Part shown: positions 34,336 through 43,684 of the stretch, in pieces
Layout: each line of letters opens with the position of its first letter
Numbering within the stretch: the first letter of the stretch is position 1
Source of the DNA: Cellvibrio sp.
GTDB lineage: Bacteria > Pseudomonadota > Gammaproteobacteria > Pseudomonadales > Cellvibrionaceae
Length of the DNA: 48,041 nt
NCBI GenBank assembly: GCA_035456025.1
Contig: DATIDX010000134.1
Span: 1-48,041, forward strand
Direction of reading: 5' to 3'
Notes under the pieces: generated by a model
Seen by the model: the letters and a program-made list of their open reading frames with translations, nothing else
Told to the model about the DNA's origin: nothing
The model's database searches: none
Translations under genes and position numbers: made by a program

Positions 34336-34827
34336 ATGATTAATAACCCGATGAATACTACAACTATTATTAATTACTCGACACCGAGCCTTCTGCGCCG
34401 CTTTGCCGCCATGACCTACGACAGCTTATTGATTATGTCGATCAGCATACTGTACGGCGCGATTGTGACGGGAACAAATGTCGCTATTAATGGCATACCC
34501 GCCACTGGAGAGCGGGTCACTTGGGGCGCTTTTGGAGTGATAGTGTTTATCGGATGGATATTAACAATCGCAGTTTTTTTTTGTTATTTCTGGCATAAAA
34601 CTGGCCAAACATTGGGGATGAAAACCTGGCGGATGAAAATGGTAACCAGCACGAGCCTCGCTCCGCCCAGTTACCCACAATGTTTCATCCGCTGCCTTTG
34701 CGCCCCACTTTCTTTGCTTCTATTAGGTATAGGTTACTGGCTGATGTATGCCAATCCAGAGCGCCAAACCCTGCACGACAAATTGAGCAAAACGCGCATA
34801 GTCTTATTGAGCAAAGAAAATAAATAA
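34336..34827 (+). CDS. RDD-family membrane protein
   Basis: RRFAAMTYD, GQTLGMKTWR, LHDKLSKT; begins 1 nt after the cyclase stop. Confidence 0.92.
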   Translation: MINNPMNTTTIINYSTPSLLRRFAAMTYDSLLIMSISILYGAIVTGTNVAINGIPATGERVTWGAFGVIVFIGWILTIAVFFCYFWHKTGQTLGMKTWRMKMVTSTSLAPPSYPQCFIRCLCAPLSLLLLGIGYWLMYANPERQTLHDKLSKTRIVLLSKENK

Positions 34828-34829
34828 AA

Positions 34830-35888
34830 TCAGCGCGCCCTATTAAGTAAATAAACTCCTAAAGCGATACACAACACAATAGGAATTGTGACCGCAATAA
34901 GAGGTGGAAAGCCAAATACCAAGCTCGATGGCCCCAACAACCTTTGCAAAAGCACAAAAACAACTCCGAATATAATCCCGGTAAAAATCCGCTGCCCCAT
35001 GGTGACACTGCGCAAAGGGCCAAAAACAAACGAGATTGCAATCAATACCAAACTGGCTGTTGCGATGGGCTGCAAGGCTTTTTGCCAAAACGCCAGACTG
35101 TAATTGCTCGCTGTGAGGTTTTGCGCTTCCAGATAATTGGTGTAGTAACGCAAGTTGCGCATGGAAATATCTTCCGGAGCAAGTACGAGAATATTGAATA
35201 AGTTGGGCGTTAAAGGAGTTTCCCAGCGACGCTCGGCAATAGTTTCATTGCGCACTTCGTTTTTCTCCAGGATCGTCACCGATATATTTTTTTCCTGCCA
35301 ATATCCATCTTGATACACCACCTCTTTAGTAAAGCTCGCAGATTCCAACTGGTTCTGATCATTGAACTTATAGCGTGTAAGGCCATAAATAACACCATTA
35401 GGCAGTACCGCACTCACGTACATGAATTCATTGCCCTCACGATTCCATACTTTTTGTGGCGCCTGCTGGGTGATGTTGTATTTTAAAAAGTGACGGCGGT
35501 TTTCCGCCATTTGCTCAGTATAAGGCGATACAAACTCCCCTAGAAGCAGCGCTATAGCGATAAAAATAAGTGCAGGACGTAACGCCATCCAGGCGATACG
35601 TTTTACCGATACCCCGGCAGCGCGCACTATTACAAGCTCACTGGTACTGGCGAGCAAACCCAACCCGGCGAGACAGCCAATCAGGCAAGCATACGGAATT
35701 AAATCGTACAAACGGCGCGGCACCGTGAGCGACATGTAATAAAACGCTTCCAGTGCAGTATAAGTCTCGGTGACTTTTTCCAGCTGGCTAATCAGACCAA
35801 AAATAAAATCGAGCGCAATGAACACTAACAAGGTCAGGGCAATTGCGTAAAAAACGGTGCGCGATATGTAGCCAGTAATTTTACGCAT
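34830..35888 (-). CDS. lptG: LPS export ABC permease LptG
   Basis: LASTSELVIVRAAGVS, FVFGPLRSVTMGQRI; six-TM YjgP/Q layout; follows lptF. Confidence 0.95.
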   Translation of the reverse strand: MRKITGYISRTVFYAIALTLLVFIALDFIFGLISQLEKVTETYTALEAFYYMSLTVPRRLYDLIPYACLIGCLAGLGLLASTSELVIVRAAGVSVKRIAWMALRPALIFIAIALLLGEFVSPYTEQMAENRRHFLKYNITQQAPQKVWNREGNEFMYVSAVLPNGVIYGLTRYKFNDQNQLESASFTKEVVYQDGYWQEKNISVTILEKNEVRNETIAERRWETPLTPNLFNILVLAPEDISMRNLRYYTNYLEAQNLTASNYSLAFWQKALQPIATASLVLIAISFVFGPLRSVTMGQRIFTGIIFGVVFVLLQRLLGPSSLVFGFPPLIAVTIPIVLCIALGVYLLNRAR

Positions 35889-36981
35889 GGGCAGCCCTCG
35901 CCGACTTGTTACGCGACTGCATAATTTCTTGCCAGTTGAGCATAAGCAATGCGATTAGCAAAAATGGTATGTGCACAACCCAAACTCCCAACCAAACCGG
36001 TAGATCACCCTCGGCAATTGCTCCGCGTGCATTAATTAAAAAGGCGAGGTAAAAAATATAAATCAGGATGGCGGGCAACATTTTCAAATAGCGCCCTTGT
36101 CGCGGATTGGTTTTACTCAACGGCACAGCCAGTAAGGTTGCGATCAATACCATTAGCGGCATGGAAATGCGCCATTGCAAAGTTGCTTTGCTTTCAGCGT
36201 CATTAGCTGCCATTAATTGCAGGGTCGATTTTGCATCAGCTTCGCTTTCCAATTCAGCTGCACTGGTTGTCGGCGGTAAATATCTGCCCCACTCGTCAAA
36301 TTTTGTGATTTTAAATTCACTTGTACCCGGGCGCCCCTCGTAGCCGTGCCCACTATGGAGCACCAGGTAGCGCTGGCCATAATCGGCGATGTAAGCCTGC
36401 TCGCCGGTTTCAGCAATCATAATAGTGGAGTTGGTTTGACCATCTTGTTGCGCGACAAACACTTTTTCCAGTTGCTTGTTATCGTCACTCACCTGCTCGA
36501 CATAAGTCATGATGCGCCCCTGCCCGATGGACTGAAAACGCCCTTCCTGCAAGCTTTCAAACTCGCTGCGATTGCGTTGCTCGGCCAGGACTTTTTCAGT
36601 GAGCTGCGCCCCCACCGGGCTCAGCCAAAAACTGAAGGCAGCGACAACAAGTGCGACGAAAACTGCGGGCACTAAAGTAATGCGAACCAATTGCCACTGG
36701 CTCATACCCGTCGCGGACAACACCACCATTTCACTTTCGATATACATGCGCCCGTACGCGAGCAGAATCGCCAGATAAAATCCCAGCGGCAAAATCAACT
36801 CCAGTAGATTCGGCATACGGTAGGCGATGATGGTGAAGAGCACGTCCACCGCAAGCTTCCCTTGAGCGGCGTCATCAAGGTAGTCGCCAAATTTACCCGA
36901 GAGGAAGATGGTAAGTAGAATCGCGCTCACCGCTAAACTGGTGATTAACAAATCCCGCGAAAGGTAACGAAAAATAATCAA
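35881..36981 (-). CDS. lptF: LPS export ABC permease LptF
   Basis: IIFRYL, GRMYIESEMVVL, LQWRISMP, NPRQGRY. TTG start at 36981 preferred. Confidence 0.95.
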   Translation of the reverse strand: MIIFRYLSRDLLITSLAVSAILLTIFLSGKFGDYLDDAAQGKLAVDVLFTIIAYRMPNLLELILPLGFYLAILLAYGRMYIESEMVVLSATGMSQWQLVRITLVPAVFVALVVAAFSFWLSPVGAQLTEKVLAEQRNRSEFESLQEGRFQSIGQGRIMTYVEQVSDDNKQLEKVFVAQQDGQTNSTIMIAETGEQAYIADYGQRYLVLHSGHGYEGRPGTSEFKITKFDEWGRYLPPTTSAAELESEADAKSTLQLMAANDAESKATLQWRISMPLMVLIATLLAVPLSKTNPRQGRYLKMLPAILIYIFYLAFLINARGAIAEGDLPVWLGVWVVHIPFLLIALLMLNWQEIMQSRNKSARAAHA

Positions 36982-37223
36982 ATTGATAATCCTGTCATTC
37001 GACACTGACCACTGAATGTATAAAAATTATCCAGCACTTATCCGCGATTGCCTGCAATTTCATCGCTGAATTGCATTAGCGTAACTAGTGACTGGGGTTA
37101 AGCGACAAGGTTCCGGTTTTCGCTGAATTTTGCCGCCATGCCCCGCTTGAATTGTGGCATTATCACGCACCGCGCCCCATTTGTCTTGAGCGAATTTTCA
37201 CTGCTTTTTACCAAGGACTTCCT

Positions 37224-38774
37224 ATGACTGCCGCTAAAGCCACAGCAAAATCTGCCAAACCTGCGACTCCTAAATCCAACCTGATCCAATTTACTGCCAA
37301 AACGATCGAGCCCGTAAAACACGCAACCCAATGCTTGGTAGTGGCCAGTTTTGAAGGTGGCAAGCTGTCTCCTTCAGCTAGCGCAATTAGTACTGCAGAT
37401 GCGCACCAGTTGGAAGCACTGCTCAAGCGCGAAGGATTCCAAGGCAAAGCCGGACAGAGTTTGTTGCTGCTAAACCCGCAAGGTATAGCGGCTGAACGTT
37501 TGTTGGTGCTGGGTTTTGGTACCACCAAAGATGGCCATGTGAGCGCAGACAATTATCGCAAGACAGTACAGAAAATTAGCGAGGCTTTGCGTGCGACGAC
37601 CTGCGTGGAAATTACTCTGGCGCTAGCTGAAGTTAACGTGGCGGGGCATGCCATTGACTGGCAAGCACGCCAAGTTGCCGAAAGTCTGAGCTTGCTGGAT
37701 TACCGCGCGGATAAGTTAAAGAGCAAGCCGGCAGAACTAAGTCTGCAACTGAAAAAAGTCGTGTTTGGCGCAACCAAAACCCAGATAAATGGCGCTACAA
37801 AAGGCCTGGCTGTCGGTCAGGCGATTGCCAAAGGCATTAACCTCGCGCGCGAATTGGGCGACTTGCCGGGCAATATTTGCACACCGACTTACCTCGCCAG
37901 TGAAGCCAAGCGGCTTGCACACAAACAATCCAATTTGAGCGTAAGCATCCTTGAGGAAAAACAACTGAAGGAGTTGGGCATGGGCTCATTCCTCTCGGTG
38001 GCCGCAGGCAGCGACCAACCCGCCAAATTAATCGTGTTGGAATATAAAGGTGGCAGCAAGAAACAGGCTCCGGTTGCTTTGGTTGGGAAAGGTATCACCT
38101 TTGATACCGGCGGCATCAGCCTTAAACCGGGCGCTGCAATGGATGAAATGAAATACGACATGTGCGGCGCAGCCAGCGTGCTCGGCACCTTCCAGACACT
38201 GCTCGATTTACAGTTGCCAATCAATGTCGTCGGTGTAATTGCCGCTACTGAAAATATGCCGAATGGCAGTGCCACCAAACCAGGCGACATAGTGACTTCT
38301 ATGTCAGGACAAACCATTGAAATTCTCAACACCGACGCTGAAGGGCGGTTGGTGTTATGCGATGCGCTCACCTACACCGAGCGATTCAAGCCCAAAGCCG
38401 TAATCGATATAGCCACGCTTACTGGCGCCTGTGTGATTGCGTTGGGGAACCACGCAACCGGCCTGTTCAGCAATAACGATGACTTAGCCAAAGCCTTACT
38501 CCAGGCTGGCGAGCAAGCAGCGGACCGTGCTTGGCACATGCCGCTTTGGGACGACTACCAAAAACAACTCGACAGTAATTTTGCTGACATTGCCAATATC
38601 GGTGGCCGCGAAGCTGGTGCTGTTACGGCTGCCTGTTTCCTGTCGCGCTTCACCAAAAAATTTGCTTGGGCACACCTGGACATCGCCGGCACTGCCTGGC
38701 GGTCGGGCGGCGCTAAAGGTGCGACGGGACGTCCGGTGACAATGTTGGTGCAATATCTGCTGAATCAGGCGTAA
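37224..38774 (+). CDS. pepA: Leucyl aminopeptidase PepA (M17)
   Basis: VGKGITFDTGG, MKYDMCG, NTDAEGRL, ATLTGA, HLDIAG; divergent from lptF. Confidence 0.97.
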   Translation: MTAAKATAKSAKPATPKSNLIQFTAKTIEPVKHATQCLVVASFEGGKLSPSASAISTADAHQLEALLKREGFQGKAGQSLLLLNPQGIAAERLLVLGFGTTKDGHVSADNYRKTVQKISEALRATTCVEITLALAEVNVAGHAIDWQARQVAESLSLLDYRADKLKSKPAELSLQLKKVVFGATKTQINGATKGLAVGQAIAKGINLARELGDLPGNICTPTYLASEAKRLAHKQSNLSVSILEEKQLKELGMGSFLSVAAGSDQPAKLIVLEYKGGSKKQAPVALVGKGITFDTGGISLKPGAAMDEMKYDMCGAASVLGTFQTLLDLQLPINVVGVIAATENMPNGSATKPGDIVTSMSGQTIEILNTDAEGRLVLCDALTYTERFKPKAVIDIATLTGACVIALGNHATGLFSNNDDLAKALLQAGEQAADRAWHMPLWDDYQKQLDSNFADIANIGGREAGAVTAACFLSRFTKKFAWAHLDIAGTAWRSGGAKGATGRPVTMLVQYLLNQA

Positions 38775-38776
38775 CC

Positions 38777-39196
38777 GTGACCTTGATCGATTTCTACATA
38801 TTACCGGAAGCAACCAACGAAGCGCGTTGGTTGTTTGCCTGCCGTTTGATCGACAAGGTCCAGCGCACCGGAATGCGCGTGCTAGTGGCTGTGGATAATG
38901 AAACAGATGCTATAGCGTTTGATGAATTGCTGTGGACCTTCAAACCGGAAAGCTTTGTTCCGCACCAAATCATCAACAGCAATAAAGCTTCACCTGTAGA
39001 GATCACCTTTTCAGGAGACGCTGGCGATCACCAGGGTTTATTGCTTAACTTGAGCAAGAACATACCGCCCTACTTCAGTCGCTTTGAGCGCCTGAGTGAA
39101 GTGGTCATACAGGAACAGCAGAGTTTGCAATCGAGCCGTGAACGCTTCAGTTTTTATAAGAAACGCGGCTATCCGATTGAAACCAGGAAGTTGTGA
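38777..39196 (+). CDS. holC: DNA polymerase III chi subunit
   Basis: IDFYIL, FACRL, DELLWTFKPESFVPH, RERFSFYKKRGY. Confidence 0.95.
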   Translation: MTLIDFYILPEATNEARWLFACRLIDKVQRTGMRVLVAVDNETDAIAFDELLWTFKPESFVPHQIINSNKASPVEITFSGDAGDHQGLLLNLSKNIPPYFSRFERLSEVVIQEQQSLQSSRERFSFYKKRGYPIETRKL

Positions 39197-39231
39197 TACG
39201 CACACCGATAATTTGATCGACAGGTAGCATC

Positions 39232-39909
39232 ATGGCCAATACGAATAAAACCAAAGCCGAAATTTTGCAGGAGCTGGAATCGATTAAAGGATTATTATTG
39301 GAAGACGATGACATTCCCATCTTGCAGGAATTGGAAGATGAAGAGGTTTATCTCGAAAATGAAAGCCTCGCAGACGAGGATCTCGAAGACGATGTACTAA
39401 CGGATGATCTTTATCCTGCGCCGTCTGCCCGAGCGCGACAGCCATCCATTTTACCGGGCCAGACGTCGCTGTTCGATGAACCTGCTTCGGCGCTTACAAA
39501 AATCACCCAGCAACTAAATAAACCCACTTACTCGGCGCGCGACAACATAATGCGCTCACTCCAAACAGATGCTGCTACTCCAAAAAACCGCGGATTTACC
39601 TCCTATGCAGGAAGTGCGCATACCGATAATCGGCCGCTCGCAAAAGCCAGTGGCGAGAACCCGTTTTTACCGCAACACATTCGCGAACGACTGCACGGCA
39701 ATAATCCCCCGCCGCTATTTGAATACGAAGCAGCCAAAAAAATTATCCGCTCTACCAAAACTACCGAACCTAAAACCAGCAAGCCGCGTCAGTATCTAAT
39801 TGAAGAAGTTATGCTGAGTATGATGCCCCAAATTGAAATCGAGTTACGGCATAGGTTGTTTGCTATGACGGTGGAAGATCTGGAAAGATTACTTACCGAT
39901 GAAGACTAA
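39232..39909 (+). CDS. Hypothetical acidic, largely disordered protein (PopZ-like architecture, see findings)
   Basis: 225-aa ORF with AGGT SD, 35 nt after holC; helical termini flanking a D/E- and P/S/T-rich linker. Confidence 0.8.
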   Translation: MANTNKTKAEILQELESIKGLLLEDDDIPILQELEDEEVYLENESLADEDLEDDVLTDDLYPAPSARARQPSILPGQTSLFDEPASALTKITQQLNKPTYSARDNIMRSLQTDAATPKNRGFTSYAGSAHTDNRPLAKASGENPFLPQHIRERLHGNNPPPLFEYEAAKKIIRSTKTTEPKTSKPRQYLIEEVMLSMMPQIEIELRHRLFAMTVEDLERLLTDED

Positions 39910-39934
39910 ACCGGCTGCGATTGTCATCGCAGCT

Positions 39935-41179
39935 TCAAGTGCCTGTCGCCGCCAATTCGCGCGAATTTTTAACCTTGCCAAATGCCCAAATCGCCACAAA
40001 TACCAACAGGATATTGACCAAAAATACCTGGTGATAACCGTAGTAATCAGCCACCAACCCTACCATCACCGCACTTAGTAAATTACCTATATGAGTCGTA
40101 TTGGTGTATAGGCCTGATGCACCGCCCGAGCGGCCAGGCATTAAATCCTGAATCACCGACACCCCAAGCCCCGCCAGTACACCAATGAAAATGGCATTAA
40201 ATATTTGCAGTACAAACAAATGCCATAGTTCATCCGCAAAATAGACACCGATGTACAACAGCAATGCCGCAACACCTGCACAGCGAACCAGACTAATTAG
40301 GCGAAATCGGCTGGCGTAGTGCCCTGCAAGCAGCATAAATGGGACTTCCAGCGCCGCTGTGGTGCCCATCACCCACCCCATCCACTGTGCATCCAGATGC
40401 AAATTATCTTTCAAATGAATCGGCAGACTGATGAGATAAGCGTTGTTGACGCCCCACAATAACGAAAAGGCCAGCGCGCACAACACGAGGGATTTTTTCA
40501 CCGCCGGCGATAACGCCGGCAATGTCTGTATTTGTTGCTCGCCGGCGACTTTAACAGGCCGGCTTTTAAGGCGCGGCAATAATTTAAAACTCGTCGCAGC
40601 AACCAATAGATATAAAACTGCAGCAACCCCGTAACTCACATCGAAACCAAAATAAGTTGCCAAAAAAAATCCCGTCGGCGGTCCAGCCACCCAGGCAAAA
40701 GCGATTTGCGCGCGCATAATCGCGTTAAACAATGGAATTCGTTCAACAGGAATTTCGGCTTCAGCATAATCGAGGCTGTACGCCATGATTTGCGAGAAAG
40801 AGACCATCGACAAACTGAGAAGGAAGATAGCGGTAAATGCCACCAACCAATAATTACGCGATAGTGCAAAAACAACGCAGGCGACTGTGCCCAACAGGCA
40901 ACAGGTTATGACGAGCGGTCGCCGGTCGGAAAGTTTGTCCGACCAGTGCCCAAGCCAGTGGTTGTACACAATTCCCGCCAGGGCTATACCCGCAAACGCC
41001 AATCCCACCAATAGGGGGCGCACCCCGATTTCCTTGGCGAGGAATAAGCTGAACGTCGGTAACACCAAAGCGCCAACCATCCCAGCTGTAAAAAATAATA
41101 AATACAAGCCCAGCGCAATGGGGCGAAACAAGGGTGAGGACACGCTGATTACCGGAAGGTGGAAACAGGTGCGCATCAT
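39935..41179 (-). CDS. MFS sugar efflux transporter (SetA-like)
   Basis: PTFSLFL, WSDKLSDRR, RAQIAFAWVAGP, AALEVPFML, QIFNAIFIG, QDLMPGR. Confidence 0.88.
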   Translation of the reverse strand: MMRTCFHLPVISVSSPLFRPIALGLYLLFFTAGMVGALVLPTFSLFLAKEIGVRPLLVGLAFAGIALAGIVYNHWLGHWSDKLSDRRPLVITCCLLGTVACVVFALSRNYWLVAFTAIFLLSLSMVSFSQIMAYSLDYAEAEIPVERIPLFNAIMRAQIAFAWVAGPPTGFFLATYFGFDVSYGVAAVLYLLVAATSFKLLPRLKSRPVKVAGEQQIQTLPALSPAVKKSLVLCALAFSLLWGVNNAYLISLPIHLKDNLHLDAQWMGWVMGTTAALEVPFMLLAGHYASRFRLISLVRCAGVAALLLYIGVYFADELWHLFVLQIFNAIFIGVLAGLGVSVIQDLMPGRSGGASGLYTNTTHIGNLLSAVMVGLVADYYGYHQVFLVNILLVFVAIWAFGKVKNSRELAATGT

Positions 41180-41321
41180 AGCGGAAACCCTCTTTGGTCA
41201 AAACGGCACAGGAGATGCTTTATCCTTCTTAACAACCGGATTAGTGCGGCACAGACTTATTTAAGGGTGATAGCGATGCGCTTTCTGTATAATCGCCGCA
41301 ATTGCGCCCGAGGATCACCCC

Positions 41322-41639
41322 ATGCAATGCATCAGCATCCAAATCCAGCCCAAATTTAGCCGCGAATTTAAGCGCGATGAATTCTTGCAACGCGTGCGCA
41401 GCATCCGTTCACCCGAAGTCGATGCAATCGAGGAGAAAGGGAAGCTCTATCTGAGTTTTAACTTTTTTACCGAATTTCCCGCACAACTTTGGCAGGAGCT
41501 CAATAAGCGCCTTTATCAAGACTCCGCCTACGCCGCCGTAATTGCACCGGTTTCAGTGGCGATTTGTGAAAGCGAAACAGATGACGAATGCCTGCTATTG
41601 CATCACTTCGATGCAAGCGAACAGCTAGATACGTTTTAA
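41322..41639 (+). CDS. Hypothetical protein, probably co-transcribed with rbgA
   Basis: 105-aa ORF with GAGG SD and upstream TATAAT (41288-41293); 19 nt gap to rbgA. Confidence 0.7.
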   Translation: MQCISIQIQPKFSREFKRDEFLQRVRSIRSPEVDAIEEKGKLYLSFNFFTEFPAQLWQELNKRLYQDSAYAAVIAPVSVAICESETDDECLLLHHFDASEQLDTF

Positions 41640-41658
41640 CGCCCCTTCCGAGTACATC

Positions 41659-42597
41659 ATGTCAACAATTAATTGGTTTCCCGGCCACATGCATAAGGCC
41701 CGTAAAGAAATTGCGGAAGTTATGCCCCATGTGGATGTCGTAATTGAGGTGATCGATGCACGCATCCCCTTCTCCAGCGAAAACCCTCTGGTACCCAGTT
41801 TGCGTGGCGACACGCCATTGATCAAACTGCTCAACAAAGCAGATTTGGCTGACCCTGCGATTACCGCCCTGTGGGTCGAAAAAATGGAGCAGGAAGCAGG
41901 CGTAAAAGCATTGCCAGTGAGTCAACAACGCCCAGAACAGATTAGGAACTTATTGAATGTGTGCACCAGCCTGGTCAGTGACCGCCAGCGCGAAGTACGC
42001 CCAGCCCGTGCGATGATTATGGGAATTCCCAACGTCGGCAAATCGACCATCATCAATACCCTTGCGGGTCGGGTAATTGCGAAAACTGGCAATGAAGCTG
42101 GCGTAACCAAAGCCCAGCAAAAAATAAAATTGGAGAACGGAATTTTATTAACCGATACACCGGGATTTTTATGGCCAAAATTATCGCCGCCTTCCTGTGG
42201 TTATCGTCTCGCGATTACCGGCGCCATAAAAGATACGGTATTTGACTATGCCGACATCGCGCTCTATGCGGCCGCATATTTGTTACAAGCTTATCCGGAT
42301 GCATTAAAAAAACGCTACGGCTTGGATGAATTGCCCGAATCCGATCTGGAATTACTCGATGCTATAGGCGTAAAACGTGGCTGTACCCGCAAAGGCGGCG
42401 GCGTGGAGATCCAGAAAGTAGCGTCCATACTGATCACTGAATTGCGCGCCGGACTGCTCGGCCCGATCAGCTGGGAAACACCGGAAATGACTCAACTGGA
42501 AGTCGAGACAGCCAAAGCGGAGGATGAAAAAAAGCGCATAGAGAAAGAAGAAGCCGACCGCATTCGCCGCTTGAAAACCAAAAAAAATCGCCGCTAA
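41659..42597 (+). CDS. rbgA: Ribosome biogenesis GTPase YlqF/RbgA
   Basis: INWFPGHM, DARIPFSSENP, circularly permuted NKAD ... GIPNVGKS ... GVTK ... DTPG. Confidence 0.95.
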   Translation: MSTINWFPGHMHKARKEIAEVMPHVDVVIEVIDARIPFSSENPLVPSLRGDTPLIKLLNKADLADPAITALWVEKMEQEAGVKALPVSQQRPEQIRNLLNVCTSLVSDRQREVRPARAMIMGIPNVGKSTIINTLAGRVIAKTGNEAGVTKAQQKIKLENGILLTDTPGFLWPKLSPPSCGYRLAITGAIKDTVFDYADIALYAAAYLLQAYPDALKKRYGLDELPESDLELLDAIGVKRGCTRKGGGVEIQKVASILITELRAGLLGPISWETPEMTQLEVETAKAEDEKKRIEKEEADRIRRLKTKKNRR

Positions 42598-42611
42598 CCG
42601 GCGATTTTTTT
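42581..42611. terminator. Bidirectional intrinsic terminator
   Basis: AAAAAAATCGCCG-CTAAC-CGGCGATTTTTTT between convergent genes. Confidence 0.85.
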
Positions 42612-42614
42612 AGC

Positions 42615-43550
42615 TTACAACAAGCTGCGAACATAATCGGCAAGCACATCAGGATCTGAATTGCTCGCCAAATCATCCGGCAGCTTTTTCACGTGCCAAA
42701 CTACCGTCCAATCCAGATGCTCGCCCGGCGCCAGTGCAACCGAGGCACCCTGCTGTTTCATTTCAATGAAGATATGCTCCACGTGGGTAAATAATTCAAT
42801 TTCACGCTCGCCCTCAGCAATCGCTGCTGGTGGGTTATCGGTAAATTCTTTAACTAGCAAATAGCCTTTATCTGTGTATGCAACCCAACCCTCTTTGCCA
42901 TCCTGCATTACTTTGTGATGATCAGTGCGAATTTTTTTAGCGTCATATTCGTACCAGGTCAGGTCATCAATACGTTGCACATCGAGTGGATAAAAAATAC
43001 CGCTGATAGGATCTGTATCTCCACTTGGATAAAATAAACTGCCCGATGGCGGCAAACGGGTGACTTCCAGAGGCGCGACATTTTTTTCGTGGTCGCTGTG
43101 ATTGGTGATGCGATAGGTGACAGCAATACGATCATCGCCAGACGGCATATAAGTTTTAGTGAATTGATAACCCGTCTTTATATCCACCCCACTGGTCAGC
43201 ACCAAACGATCGTTATCCGAACTTAAAACATAAGGCTTGCTGTCCAATGTATCGACCGGAGGCCAATTCCATTCTGACTGCGGGCTCGACCAGAATACAG
43301 TGCCCCAATCAGTGATTTTATCCAGATCAGAAATCGCCACCAATAACTCATGCCCATCGTATTTTAAAGACGAAACACGCGCACCGACTTTAGGCATTAT
43401 CTCCATCTGAAGCTTGCCTTGTTTGATATACAAGTGAGCACCATCCTGCTTGCAAAATACCGGCAGTTGCTCAACCTGTTGTGACTTGCCACACCCGAAC
43501 AAAGCCACGGAAATGGCCAGGAATGCAATCAGGGAACAGCGTTTACTCAT
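42615..43550 (-). CDS. Lipoprotein with galactose-mutarotase-like (DUF4380-like) domain
   Basis: Lipobox LFG-C; GARVSSLKYDGHELL, FWSSPQSEWNWPP, YRITN, IEMKQQG...LAPGEHLDWTVVW beta-sandwich pattern. Confidence 0.7.
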   Translation of the reverse strand: MSKRCSLIAFLAISVALFGCGKSQQVEQLPVFCKQDGAHLYIKQGKLQMEIMPKVGARVSSLKYDGHELLVAISDLDKITDWGTVFWSSPQSEWNWPPVDTLDSKPYVLSSDNDRLVLTSGVDIKTGYQFTKTYMPSGDDRIAVTYRITNHSDHEKNVAPLEVTRLPPSGSLFYPSGDTDPISGIFYPLDVQRIDDLTWYEYDAKKIRTDHHKVMQDGKEGWVAYTDKGYLLVKEFTDNPPAAIAEGEREIELFTHVEHIFIEMKQQGASVALAPGEHLDWTVVWHVKKLPDDLASNSDPDVLADYVRSLL

Positions 43551-43684
43551 TATCCGGATAATCCTCAGCAGTACGGTGACTGCCATCAAAGCCGACCCTC
43601 TTGGGGTCCGCCGTTACAGTTTTTTTACAGGTAGGTCAGTGTAACCACTTTTGGTGGCAGCGACTATTTGCCCCGAGGTAAAGC

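Noticed and set aside
33396-34827. Cyclase plus membrane protein as a Pycsar/CBASS-like defence system
   Set aside because: Purine-specifying Lys/Asp are retained, the partner is an RDD protein with no cNMP-binding domain, and the context is core genome rather than a defence island.
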